A stretch of 64,000 bases of DNA. Source: Nemertoderma westbladi (Eukaryota > Animalia > Xenacoelomorpha). This document shows, piece after piece, positions 27,346 to 40,832 of this stretch. Location of the stretch: positions 5,673 to 69,672 of the forward strand of contig JAUCBJ010000012.1 in assembly GCA_032718475.1 (NCBI GenBank). The letters are read 5' to 3'. The notes beneath the pieces are model-generated. The model searched no databases, had not been told where the DNA came from, and was given only the letters and a program-made list of their open reading frames with translations. A program made the position numbers and the translations under genes. The first letter of the stretch is position 1. The number at the start of each line of letters is the position of its first letter.

Positions 27346-30084
27346 GTAGAGTAGAAAAAAAAATGGTTTGGATGAATTGCGAATTTGTTATGGGTTGACC
27401 CCCTTTTTGACCAGATTGACTCGCCTATTAGGACACATCCCCTCCAAAATTTATTAACAAAATATTTATTAAACATTGTTTCTGTTAGTTTTTATTTAAT
27501 TTATATATATATTTAAAGTGTTTATTTAAGGCCTGACTATATTAGGCCTACATATTTTTTGGACTAGCTAACAACAAAATAATAGCTACCATAAATAAAC
27601 ATCACCAAGAATCACATAAATATCATTCATGTACCATGGAACTATGTACTAAGTACGGTACATGAAGCCATAGTCGTACGAGTGTGTTATAGGTTCACCC
27701 CCACGAATTTTTTTTATTTTTGTACACTGTATATACTTGATTTTGTTTGAGTGATCCCATTGCAGCAATACTGCGTAGGCCTATGCTTAGTGAATATTTC
27801 CATAAATTACCCCCCACCTCCATCTGAGTCTGAGAGCCTTCTGACGATACAGACTGACACTACTTGCAGTACCCGGTACCGGTACTTACCTTTTCAGTTT
27901 ATGACGATTTATCTAATGTACAGTATGTAGTAGCGAACGTACCCCTTTTTAGTGTATAACTTTGTCTTTAAATTAAGTTACATTGCATTGGTTTACAAAT
28001 TCTACATTAGCTAACTGTACAAAAATGTATATTTTATTAAATAACACTTGTTAATTTTTCCATTCAAAACATTAGCACAAAAGGGTACTTTTTAGAATAC
28101 AGTACTTTTTACATTTCAGTTGCCATGTGATTATTATCTTGGAGTTGTTACGGTAATAGTTCCTGCTTGCGTGTGTGTAGGCCCGTGTAAACCTGGGCCG
28201 CTCCTGAGTCTTGGTCTCAGTTCATTGTACCTAAAACCCCATCCGGTTCAATTTTGTCCGGTCCACAATAAAGTTCATAACGGGAAAATATGCCCCCCCC
28301 CCCCCATAAATTATGCCCAGGGGGCATATTTTCCTAGGAATAATGCCCCCTCGGGCAAATTTTCCTAGGAAAAATCCCCCCTCCCTGAATTACACTATTT
28401 TATTGAAGACTCTCTGCCTCTGAGATTGTATGCACAACTGAACCCCGCGCCTACGAAAGAGACCCCACCAGCCATGGCAGCATGGGTTATTTTACCGAGT
28501 CAAAACACAAAAAAGTGGCCAGATCGTTTATACAAATTTGGCGGCCCCAAGCATAACTTTTGACATACATTTGACCATTTCTCCTACATTTACCCTCAAA
28601 ATGAAGGTACATTTTGTTAATATTCCAATATCCCCCCCCCCCCCCCCCCCCCCCCATCATAAAAAAAAGTCCAAAACTCCAAACACTGGTTTGAAGTCAA
28701 AACTGATGCTGGACATTTTAATTAAGCTTCAAAAAAAGACTTCTTACTCCTCGAGTTTTGAATAGTTCGAGACACCAAATGTCATATATCATTGAAAAGA
28801 GCACAACATTTTACGCCCATATGCAATGCTCTATGGATGATAAGATACAGTAAGAGCTAAGAGAGAAAAGGCAGCAGAAAACAAACGACGACAAAGAATG
28901 AAGTGGAGGGAGGATGATACACATAAGAGGATGATAGTGGAAGAACAATCTGAAGGTAATTTAACGGTTCTTTCAGATACAAACATACAATCATCAGGAA
29001 GTCACAGTCGTTCTCTAGCAAGACGTCGTCATTTTAACATGGCGTAAAATATTCGAATAAAACAATTAGTGATGAGAAATGAAAAACTAAGAAAGAAATT
29101 GTTTTACCTGAAACAAAAGGTTAACTTGCCTGATACTCCCATTGCTGCAAAGGGGCTGCAAAGTGACAGTGACAAAGCAGATAATGAAGGTCAAAGTTGA
29201 TTACCGTTAAAGACCTCAATGTACAATTAACACCCCGCTCTAAGCGTAAACTCTGTACAAGATCACCCATGCGGAAATCATTACGCCGTCTCAGATGTCG
29301 CATTAGGGTGGCTGGGAATGCAAAACGCGACAGCTTGTGACATAGAACCACTACAGACGGAGTCAATAAAGAAAAAGTAATTCTGTTGACGTTTCCTCAG
29401 AATGTCCTGATAAAAATAAACACAACAAACTACTGTATGGAAACACTTGGTGGTTATAACGCCAAGGAGCAGCTAAGATATCAGAAACGATTACTTAAAG
29501 ATTATTCACATTAAATTCGATGAAGACATGGATTACAGTTTGTTTTGTAGGTACTGGCCTAAAAACGTAATTCTGCCTACATTTTCGAATTGGGGAGATC
29601 AATAGCTTGTCATGGGAGCAGGCTAGCGATGAGATTGGCAAGAAATGGTGGTGTAGAGTTCATAGAGTCATTCCTTTGAAGAGGTTCATAGATATAATTA
29701 TTGAAGCCTTTGCTGATCTCAAGGACCATATTAACCGCTGCGCTATGTAGCTCAGTATCGCGCTGTTAAAGCAGCAAAGAGATTTATCAAGGAAGATGAA
29801 CTACGTAGTAGCGCAAATAGATTGGTCGGATAATTATACGATTTTTCAGGCAGCAGAAATACATTGAGCTTACTATGACATTGAGTCGATATCAATCCAT
29901 TGTATTACAGCCTGGAAGAGGAAAATGGATCGAAATCGTTTGCTTCATTAAGTGAATGCACTAACCATAAGGCACCTGCCGTTATGGCGAGTTGATTGAA
30001 TTTTTTAAATGACCAGATTGAGTACCGACACATTAACAAAATCATTATAATAACAGATTCTCCCACGTCGCAATACCGTAGCAC

Positions 30085-31284
30085 GTAGGGGAGAGCAGGG
30101 GTGGTTGAACCGTGAGGAGGGGTGAATTAGTGCAATTTAAAGGAGAACGCTTGGGTTGGGCGTTTCCATGGATACACCATTAGATAGACAATTAAAAACT
30201 GCACCTACTGTTGTATTTAGTCCAACTCTGCGGCTGCTTTACCATGAAGGAAAGTGTGCTTTTCCCACGTGTTTTCTAGAAATGATACCGCCGTTTTTTT
30301 GGATCACTCCCATTTCATTGATTTGTCAATTCACAAATAAATGTGATACTTTTCTGGTGGAGAAATTATTCAGCTTCAAAATTAGGTATGGACGATTACG
30401 TCACTGGTCTGCACTTTTCGTACACAATGCATTTTTCAAAAAATGGAGTAGTGTGGGAGTCTTGAATCAATGGAGAGGTGGGAGGGTTGATCCACTTTCC
30501 TATTGGTTGTTCTGGCTACCTATCTACAGATATGGATTAGGTTCCACCTTGGTGTAGTGGTTACATTGAATTCACATCTCCCGTAGGTCGTGGGTTCAAT
30601 CCTCACATGGGCCAGGGCAGTTTTCGTTTCGGCACGAATGCTTTAAAGGGACCAGCCAGGGCGCATCTGCCTTGCATCCTTATGTGGTAGCTAAATGAGT
30701 ACTGGAGTTTCCTCTGGGGAGTAAAGTTCTGGGGGGGCACTGGAAATAAGTCATCAATCAGACTTTGTGCGTAATCCAGCCTAGCGGCCGATGAAAATTT
30801 ACTTTTACTTTTTACTTTTATGGATGCTTCTTGTCAACCAGTGGTGACAGATAGTAGATAATATTATTGTCAAATAAAAAGACGACAGTTATTTATGGAG
30901 ATAGAAAGTGTATTTGACAAAAGTGAGATGTCACTGGCAGACAAACACTGAAAATACACTGACAAATAAATAGGCAGAAATACTAATTTCCATTGACATA
31001 TTTTCCTATTGATAACATTGCTTCTATAGATGGTTCAACCCTCCTAACCCCCCTGATTCAAGCCTCCTTCCTATATGGGGTAGGATGAGGCGTGAACGAA
31101 AAAAAAAACGCGAGGAAAACGCTTATTTCTCATATAATACATGATTTTAGCACCTCAATGTATTCCAAATAGATGTAGAATATATTGTTTTAGGTTTTTG
31201 TGTAATTTCAGCTTGAAGCTACGATGAGGAACAGAATAAATCAATTTTTTGTAAATTTTGGTTCAACCCTCCTTACTCCCCTAC
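30085..31284. mobile_element. Non-autonomous DNA transposon inserted in the Sola2-like transposase
   Basis: TIR gtaggggag...ggttgaacc / ggttcaacc...ctcccctac; splits the transposase right after SQYR. Confidence 0.65.
30541..30819 (+). mobile_element. tRNA-derived SINE
   Basis: A box TGGTGTAGTGG, B box GGTTCAATCC, 3' (TTTTAC)n tail. Confidence 0.75.
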
Positions 31285-32329
31285 ATTTTATACCTGTTCT
31301 ATGTATTTGCTAAGGAAAATAATTTACAGATTAAATGGTTGTAATTGGAAGCAGGACATGGTAAAGAATCTCCATATGGTATTGGCGGAACCCTCAAGCG
31401 CACTTTAGATGCAGTGATGGGGATGGGTGTACACCAGACACCATCTTTTGATGACATTGTGAATTGTTTTAAGACTCGAACAGTGACAGAAATACTGTAC
31501 TGAAGATGATGTTAAACAACAAAAGTTGAAGTTGACACCCGAACCTAGGCCTATTAAAGGCATTGTAAAGGCACATGAGGTTTTGCTTGATCCCATCGTA
31601 ATGGATTTATCGTGCCTCTGGCAAGATAAGCTCCTAAAACGGCTTTGTATCTCTAAAGTTTCCAAAAAGTGCTTTCACTTTTTTACTGTTTTGGTTTCTC
31701 GGTATCAAGACAGAACTAGCTCGCAATAATACACGGTCCTTCAATGACTTGTTGTTTACGGAGATCCACAGCCATTTTCTAGATAGTGCAAAACACCGTG
31801 ATTTCTGTTCTTTCCAGGTGTTATATTGCTTCCTTCTGGTATAAAAATAGTGTACTCTACGTAACACCATAGAAAAACCTCTTCGAAGAGGAGAAACCGG
31901 GTGAAGAGTGCTTTGGGTCCGTTAGGATCCAAAGTATAGCTTCGAAAAATAATACAATTCAAATAATTGTAACCAAAATACACAGAAAATACAGTATTTT
32001 AGTCGTTTCGTTATGCTAAAATACTCTGAAAAATATACAAAAAAGTCCATTGAAAAAAGTCTGATTGTAGAAAAGTCTATTTTGTGGAAAATAGTCATGA
32101 AAAGTCGTAATAAACTTGGTGCAGCTTCACGCTATTGGAACTTGGCATTAGTACAAACACCAGGTACCCGTCTGGGTCCAAACGGCGGTGGGACCGATTG
32201 GATTGAAATGGTTGGCTACTGAATTGATATTTTTGATATAAATTGATTGAATTGATATTTATTTCCTTACTTCTTTATCCTACGACTTAGGATTGACCTC
32301 TAAGTCTGTTCGCGCTTTCAGACCGTTAT

Positions 32330-33509
32330 TGTTCGCGCTTTCAGACCTTTAGCAGTTTAACCTGCCAAATTTGGATGTCTTTTAGATGATAGATAGTCTT
32401 TAGCCTATGACAAGTATTTGATACACTACATTAGCCGAATCCAGTCTATGCGCGATCATTCACCCGCTGGATATACCCGGGAGACTGGATTCGGAAGCCT
32501 AACCGTATTGCGGGGTAGGCCTACTGTATTATTCGACTGATCGTAATATATATAATCTCTGACAAATATTCTTCACTTTCGGGAAATATTAACAGTTCCT
32601 TTAGGACGTGGCGCTTTAAATATATAAACAGAGTTATGACTTAAACTAGACACAACGGGATGGCTATAGATTCACGTATATGGCGCATTCTTTAGGAGAT
32701 GCTTCGTTATCAATCACGATCATACACAATACTGCACAATGCTGCACCCTAATCTGCCGACCTTCACTAATTTTAGTCACATATAAGGAGAACAACAGAC
32801 AATACGTGTAGGGCCTATAAAATAGCATTAGATTCACTTCAAACCACTTAATGTAAGTCGCAATCGTTATATGTATCCGGTCTCTCTAACCTTTAGTATA
32901 TCAAGAAGATTGGGGTGTCTGATTGTTTATCAGTATTCCAAATATAATATTCCATCAACAAATATAATGAATAAACGACAGCAAAAGCAGTAATGTTAAG
33001 GTATGTTATGAGTGAGTGAGTAAGTTAAGTTATGTTATGTATGTATGATCAGTGAGTTTGATATGATAACGGATATACGTTCTATAATTAAGCCTACTAA
33101 TGTTGAACTAAAGACTGAAACACGGAGGTTCCACGCCGGTGTTGTAGGCTGTGGACAAAATCACAATACTGACTCACTTCCCTAGTTTCTATATACAATC
33201 TCCAACACAGAGGCAAAAAACGCTCTGATTGGTCGACCGAACAAAGAGAGAACAAAGAACAAAGAGATGTTCCACGTGGCAATATCAGCTGTTAGCCGTC
33301 GTCATGGTATCTACACTGTTTCAAGAGGATCCGGCGTATTGCGTCATAGAATTGCTAATCATGTCCGCTAAAGTACACATACAGAAGAAATGGCTTTTAT
33401 GTCCTCTAAAACAACAGTACAGTAAGGACACGGCCTTTTATGCCTGCTAAACCAACTACAGAGTACTTTACGGGGAAAATAACCGGCTAATTACGCAAAA
33501 GCCTTTACA
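32330..33509 (-). repeat. 3' LTR of copy A (1180 bp), with a further 23-bp terminal duplication at 32307-32329
   Basis: Near-identical to 47210-48389; preceded on the element strand by the purine-rich PPT GGGAGCGG (33510-33517). Confidence 0.95.
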
Positions 33510-33587
33510 CCGCTCCCAGAAAATGGGATTTAAGTCTATAAAATATAACAAATCACAGTTTCTAAAATATAAAAATACTCTAAACAG

Positions 33588-36500
33588 TTAGTCTTTCTTA
33601 CGCGGACGGCGTTTACGCAGTTTTTTGAGGCTAGCAAGAGTCCTTTTCTCTTTGGGGCGAGCCACTTTACTAGGAGGGCTGTAGCTCCTGGGTGAAGGGT
33701 GCAATACAATTGCATCAGAAGGTTTAGGATTACGATCGGTGTATCCTCCGGTCGAGGTACCTGGTTGATCGGTATCAACTTCAGTGGAGCGAGGTCTAAT
33801 GGCTTTTAGGGCGCGTCTTAGGACAGCAGCTCCTACGGGTCCTTGACGGGTCGTCTGGACAATGGCGGTAGGCGGACCGTGAGTGGTAAAAAACTTCCTT
33901 GGTTTAATGGTTCTTTCCAGCTCGCGTTCTCGGGCTCGATATTTGTAGGGCCGTCGAGATACTTCCTGTAACTCAGGGTGCGAGTTGATAAATAAATCGC
34001 CATACTCAGGGTCTTGACGGATGAAATTGATCAAATGATATGAAGTAATATCGTTAGGATTGACGTTCCTAAGATATTTTCGAACAAATTTGGTGGAAAT
34101 ACACTCACCAACACGCTTCATTAGTTCGTAACTCGGTGTGCGTGTTTTTTGTTCCACAGACGCGAATAAATAAGGATGGAACGCGTAAACTCCCTCGTAA
34201 GAGCGTCCAGGGTAGTAGCGATGGCGGGCCTCACAATGTAAATCCGCGTTCGCTTCCCAAGCTCGGATGTAGCGCAGGGTAATCATCTCATCTACGCTTT
34301 CTAAATCGCGGTTAAAGGGGCAATTATAACTGGCATGTCCTTTAAGTTGACAGTGGTGACATTGGGTCATAAATTGGGGGCAGACTGCAAAAATATGCGA
34401 GTTATTAAGTCTGCAATACGCACAATAGATCTCCATCATCGGTTGTTCGTGGAAATAGGAGCAGGGTACGTCTGAGTCCATAGGGGTGAAATGGTCTCTC
34501 GATGCGCATAATCGACAACGTTTTCGAGAAATATAGTTGGCGTGTCGATAATCGTATGCGGTGAGACATTGTGGACCTTGATACCACTCCAAGACGTAAT
34601 CGTTATCGCTGCTCCGGGGCGCTGTAGGCTGGATCGCTTCAGATTCTAAGCATATTGGTTCGTCTTCCAATTGCATAGCTGAGGTAGGTGCGGCTGTCTC
34701 CGCAAGCGGACCCACGGTCTGAATTTGAATATTCTATTGTCTGAATTTCCACGACAGAATAACCTGTGGGTATTCGAGGTCTTTGTATAACAGATGAATG
34801 TAAGTTCTGTATACAAACGTCCTGAAAGAGAGCAAATCCCGCGCTGTTTAGCTTCTCTGCAGCTGAGTCTCTTAGGCTGAGTTTGGTCAGAGCGCGGTCC
34901 TTGAACTGACTATCAACGTTACGGAACGGAGTCAGAAAGCGCCTGAAACATTCGAAGCGGATTAATTTATTGTGTTCATCTAACTTGGCGAGTTTGGTTC
35001 CAAGTATTAAGGGATGGGCGCGTATGGTACGACTGCACACATCGGCTAGCCAACCAGCAAGTGCTGCGTTTTCAAAGATCGTGTATATAGCTAAGGAGGG
35101 ACAAAGTGGAACACTCATAAAGCTATACACGGCGCCAGGTGCGGTCAATGGTCCATCAAAGTATAAACGAGAATATTGATCTCCATATACTTGTTGGTAA
35201 TTTATAGGATTTCCAACCTTGAAATTCCATCCATATTCTTGAAAGGCAAGATGTCCGATGGAGGTTCGTTGTACTTTGGTAATGCCGCTGGGTGTATTGG
35301 CATACATAGTGCGGAAGAAACCTCGGCCTTCTGCCCAGGGAGTAATCAGCTGAGTATCCACGAAAGGGTATGGAATGTTTTCCATATTCCGAAAGTCGTT
35401 TTGTAGATCTCCATAAACAGCCGAGCCGATTTTAAGGATTCTTTCGTTAAACAACATCTCGAGCACAGGTTGGGGTAACATCGATCCATCGATACCCATG
35501 GCCGGTTTGCGCTCGGTGTCGGCGACGTAACGCTGCGCGAGCTCGAATTGTCCATGTCGGAGTCTCTTTTGTGTCTCAGTAAGAGTTTCAAAAGAATAAT
35601 CAATCACATCGGAACACGCTCGAGTAAATACGTGGGTAGAACCAGCGAGTCCTCGTATGTGTATCATCCGCGTAGTTCCCAGTTCTCCAACCGGAATGCT
35701 ACCTTCGTTATCGTAAGTGACAACTCCATACATCTCGATAACGTTAAGAGTTTCGTTCCACTCTTTAGTGGCGTTTTCGAGGGTCATTCCCACAGGATGC
35801 CACAAGGTAGCGCATTCGCTAGCATTAGGTAGGTCTCTATACTTTAAATATTGTGTGGTATATGTTTCCACATCTCCATATCGTTGTATTCTTTCCTCCT
35901 CGAATAACACGTCAAGATTCCAGTGTACTAAACGAGTTTTGATGAATCCATCAAGATTATACGGAGGTATTGTTTCTTTCTCTATTCTGGAAACATTATA
36001 TGGTTTTCGAAATGAGTTTACTTTAACTAACTGATCCAGATGTTTCTGCAGTTGTTCGAGTTCGACAAGATCGAGAGGATTTATTAGTGGTAGAAACCTC
36101 AGACTATGTGTAGGATCTTCCGGTTTTACCATGTAATATTGCGTTAGATTGACGTAATAAGGGTGATCTTTGCCTGTCTTTCTTTTTTGATAACTCTTCA
36201 ATTATCCTTCTAAGTGCCAAAATGGGCTCCATGGTCCCACGACCTTTACGGAACCCATTTCAGGGTTCCCCCAGGGTTCCGTAAAGGTCGTGGGACCATG
36301 GAGCCCATTTTGGCACTTAGAAGGATAATTGAAGAGTTATCAAAAAAGAAAGACAGGCATCTGGCTGTTATCTTTGTTGACTTCTTCAAGGCCTTTGATT
36401 CAGTCTCTCGCTCACGTATGTTCAGCATACTTTCATTATATGGGATTCCTGATGAAATTATTGCAGCAATCAGATCAGTATACGATGGTTCGACAACATT

Positions 36501-39198
36501 TGTGTCTACTGTTGACGGTGACACAGAACCATTTGAAGTGTTATGGGGCGTCCTCCAAGGAGACACACTTGCACCATTCTTGTTCATTATTGTGGTTGAC
36601 TATGTTCTACGCATGTCCTTAGATCATCATAATGATGATGGGGTGATGATAACTCCACCTACTGGCTCCAGAAGTCGAGGAAATCCTGCCAAGTACCTAA
36701 CTGATCTAGACTTTGCTGATGACTAAGGAGTACTCTCAGAATCATTAGAGGGAGCCCAGCGGCTCCTCAGCTCATTAGAACATGCTGCTTCTAGTGTTGG
36801 TCTTTTTATTAACTCCAGAAAGACCAAAATTCTGACAGTTAACTTTGAAAGTCCTCAACAAGTCTCTGATCGGATGAGCATAAGCTCAAAGGATGGTATG
36901 CTTGAGCATGTGGACGACTTCTGTTACCTGGGATCATGGATCCGGAAGTCAGGTGAGGACCTTCGAATACGTAAGGGAAAGGCATGGGCAGCCTTGAATA
37001 GGCTTTCCAGGATTTGGAAGTCACCTAGAATTAATCGGAAACTTAAGGTCCGATTATTTAGAGCAGCAGTAGTTCCAGTACTCCTCTACGGGAGTCCATG
37101 CTGGGCTCTAACTGCTGAGGACACCAAATCTCTGGATGGCACATTCACAAGAATGCTACGCCGGGTACATTGTGTCAAGTACAATGCACACATCTCCAAC
37201 CAGACACTATATAACATTGGAGGTGTCTCATTGGTTCCCCCAAGCTTGACACTAGAACAAAATCGTCTCCGCTTTGCAGGACATTGCTTTCGCCGTGAGG
37301 ACCAGCCAGTGCATAATCTTGTACTTTGGCAGCCTCATGGAGTGAATAAGCATGGTGGACAGCCCATGACTTTCTTGAGACGCATCTTAAAGGACACTGG
37401 CCTTAAAGATGCGGATGATCTAGCAAATGTCATGGGTGATAGGGAGTTGTGGCGGCGCAATTTTGTTGACAAGCCGGCACAGCATTCTTAAAAATGCAGC
37501 TGCAATGCAGCATGCCGATCCTAGTCCTAGTTGATCCCATAAAACGAGTCCGGTAAAGGTCTAGCGCGTATGTTTACATCGTGTACCATGCGACGGACAA
37601 GATCCGCTCTATTGTCCGGAGGTTGAACGAGTGTACCATCTACACGAGCGGCTTCGATGGGTGGACGTTGCAACATGGGAGCGTCGGCGATAAGCTCTCT
37701 AGATCTTAGGTTGATATCAACCGGTTGGGGTTGTATCGTCGCAAAGAGTTTGTCTCCGAAATGGGGAACCATCGAGGGATGAAGGATGGTTTTAGAGTAG
37801 AGATCCGTCATAAGGATTTGAGCATCGGGTTGAGCTAAAGCTGCTTCTTCTCTCTCATCTAGTTCTATATGTCTCTCCTCGAGCTGATTTTCCTCCGCTT
37901 GTTGTTGTAGACGCTCATCTAGGAACTCTTGTAAAGAGTAGGTTCGTCCACGTTCGATGTCCTCTTAGAGATTTTGTATTTCTCTATCGAACTGGGGTAA
38001 AGCTAATTCCTTCACCGCTTGGACTTGTTGTTGCAATTTACGTTTCTCCAAACAATCGTAAGTTCCTTTTCCGATTTTCTGCCGAATAGCATCTAACGCG
38101 TTTCGTACGACGCTCTCTTCGACTTCTGTAACGGGTTGTATCGAGGTGAAGCCGGGACGGTTGTGTGGGTTAAATGGCGATTAGGTAGGGTTGGCGAATA
38201 TCTAGTGAGCCTACTACCGGAGTACCACCGATCAACTGTTCGGGTAACACTAGATCTTTGAACAGTGAGTACAGTTCAGGAGGATCCGTGATACTATTAG
38301 GATCAAGAGTCTGAGGTCTAACTGAGGAATGAGGAGGTCTGACCGAGTATTCCGGAACTCTGATCATTGGTTTGTTCAAGGATCGTTTGAGTCGAGCGAC
38401 CATAGGGGATACGTCGAACAGGTTTCGCTCGAAACTCCCATAAGTATATCGTGTAAAACTGTGTTTAGCGCAACGTCTCCGCGGATGTTTATGTCTTTCC
38501 GTTTGCTGATTGGGTCTAGGGCATTCGTCGCAGTAATACCAAAGACGCACGTCCTGCAGGGGAAACGCGGGTGATCGTTCTCCAGTTTTACAATATTCCT
38601 CCATCTGTTCGAAGCTATCTGGGACGACAGGTAGCGGTCGATCGGCGGTAAGATACATCATAGTGAAATAGAGTCGTTTGAGTTCTATCATAGGATCATG
38701 ATGTATACCTTGTGGATATCGAGTTTCGAGATTTTGTTGACTGGCAATAATGAGATATGTCTCTCTCAGGAATTCCAGATAATCGTTGAAGTCGCTGCGT
38801 TTATCCGGCTCTTCAACGTCTTCCCTTTCGAGTTTGTTTCGAATAGAGTTCTCGTGTTCTATTCTCGGTTTATCGTTCCGACTCCGCTGGGTATGATATT
38901 TAAATAAAACCATTTCCCTTTCGGTGTCTACATCGTCCGTATCGTGTAAATCGATAGGATGGCCAGTAGTTAAGAAGTCCATATACGTACCATTACGATG
39001 CGTATAGCGAGCGGTGAACTTTCTATAATCCAATTCACGCGTAAGTTGCTCCTGGGACATTGGCGGTTCGATATAACGACCATCATCCTCCGTAGTAGTT
39101 GGACCAGCGTCTCCGCGTATCAAGCTATCGACAAACGCTTGTAAAGGTAGAGTATATCGCTCCCTAATACCGAGATCATCTTCTATCAACTCAGTCAT
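33588..39198 (-). pseudogene. Accessory ORF of copy A (~1400 codons once the LINE is removed): unknown N-terminus, coiled region, DEDDy 3'-5' exonuclease (~35060-35760), CCHC zinc fingers (~34310-34525), basic C-terminal tail; frameshifted and LINE-interrupted
   Basis: ExoI VVTYDNEG; LP..VLEMLFNERILKIGSAVYGDL (ExoII); FVDTQL; SIGHLA; PL..SLAIYTIFE (ExoIII, D to E); CRLC..H..C, CAYC...H...CP, CHHCQLKGHASYNC; KKLRKRRPRKK. Confidence 0.75.
36169..37531 (+). mobile_element. 5'-truncated non-LTR retrotransposon (RTE-group-like RT) inserted antisense in the accessory ORF
   Basis: GFRKGR, FVDFFKAFDSV, GVLQGDTLAPFLF, DFADD then one in-frame stop, thumb YLGSWI, LLYGS..W; (CCTAGT)2 tail; possible TSD TGATC at 36164-36168 and 37532-37536. 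Confidence 0.9.
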
Positions 39199-40019
39199 AT
39201 CTGCTATGAGTTTATCAATATTATAATGAGTTTATATATTAGGCTAGCGGGCGTCGCTGCCTACCCCTCTTTTGCCCCCGGACAGTGCAAGATCCTCAGC
39301 GCCGATGTACCGTCGTCGCTGTGCTTTCGCCAACGATGTAGCTACACAACGACAACGATAACCGGCACAAGTCACTCCACTGTCCGTCCCAAAGGCTTAG
39401 ATGTACTTTAGGTTCTTTCTGGAGAGTTAGGGTTACTTTCACAATTGCGACTAGCTACTGTAAACACACTTTAGCAGTAACATTCACCTATGAACGCACA
39501 AATTCAACACAACTGCCATAAACTGTACACATTCGGGCCATTTGTCCGTTAGTCAGTACCTTCCAGAATGTCACTTTATTTATTATGTATCCTTGGATAC
39601 TAGCAGTGCGCTATTTATTCCCTATGCTATTCAATGGGGCAAGCCTTCTATTGTTCTTTTAACTCACTTCTAATTCTAGCGTGGTTGTTGCCATGGTGAC
39701 ATTATGGAAAGCTAGCGGTAGAATTAGGGTAATTCTCATGCATACAGATCTGGGATGCTATTTAATAGTAATTCTTTAATTGTCAATATCCTCTCTATAT
39801 ATGATTTTATGAATTTTATCGGCTATTGACTATATATTGGAGATTCTCGCACACAAATACACTTAATAGAGTGAATCTCCGCTCCCATGATCTATTAATT
39901 AATGGAATTTTGGGAATGTTATAAATTGTATAAAATGACAATTTATTAAATTCATTGAAATATCTGAATTTAAATTTATTCCCGTAAATTTTATTATTTA
40001 ATGTTAAATAGACACAATT

Positions 40020-40290
40020 TTATTCCAGAACGTGTCTGGGGACTGGGACCCTTGATTCGATTCTAGGAATTTTGTCTTTTTAAGAGTATCGGTAAGTGCT
40101 ACGATATCTTAATCGACTAGAATTTTAAAGGATCTGATATTTGACAGATTTTGTAAATATTAATAATTAATATTTAGGATGGGCACCAGTTTATTCCAGA
40201 ACTTGTCTGGGGACGTTAACCACTGATTCTAGAATTTTGTCTTTCAAGTATATCGGTGGGTGCCACGATATCTTAATCGACTAGAATTAC
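40020..40290. repeat. Two ~100-125-bp repeats in the pol-to-accessory-ORF spacer (copy B ~61290-61550)
   Basis: tttattccagaac.tgtctgggga...aattttgtcttt...cgatatcttaatcgactagaatt occurs twice in both copies. Confidence 0.75.
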
Positions 40291-40832
40291 AGCTGGTCAA
40301 AGGGTTTAACAGATTTATTTGCGTTGTACGCTACTGTTAAAGGGACATCACGCTACTATATGTATTATCTAATATACGGTATGAGAGCAATATCGCACGA
40401 AGCAATGTCAGTGTGAAGAGGCAAGTCGTTTCCAAGGTCTACCCGGAGCTTGGTTTAGCCGAGACACGAGGATCTGAACTTTGCATTCCTAATACTCTGC
40501 CTACCAATAATACTTGAATATAGTAGTGGCTTTATTGTACTTTAATAAGTACGGACATTTCATCTTACTGTAGTTACGTATTCGTAATGTAATACGGGCA
40601 GCAAGGAAAGAGAAAAAGAATTGTTTCTCGCCGTCGCACTAAATATATAATATAAGTAATTACGTAATAAACGAGAATATATTGCACTAATCTACTAAAT
40701 AATCGCTAAAATAACATTCTACTAAATAAAATTAAAGAAAACGATTATAATAAAATTACATAATAATACATACATAAATATAAAATAATAAGAATATAAA
40801 ATAATATGGTCACACACCCACTCCATATGCTA

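Larger units (their letters stand above)
28850..31680 (+). pseudogene. Degenerate DDE transposase, Sola2-like, interrupted by a nested MITE/SINE
   Basis: Broken frames give IDWSDNYTIFQAAEIH.AYY (~29815), IIITDSPTSQYR (~30045) and LEAGHGKESPYGIGGTLKR (~31345). Confidence 0.65.

Noticed and set aside
30541-30620. tRNA gene
   Set aside because: No complete cloverleaf; continues into a SINE body with a repeat tail
36171-36201. N-terminus MKSYQKRKTG of the 520-aa ORF as a real start
   Set aside because: It comes from the inverted LINE fragment, not from the accessory gene
33588-39198. Envelope gene in the ORF3 position
   Set aside because: No signal peptide or transmembrane segment seen; the motifs fit an exonuclease and zinc fingers
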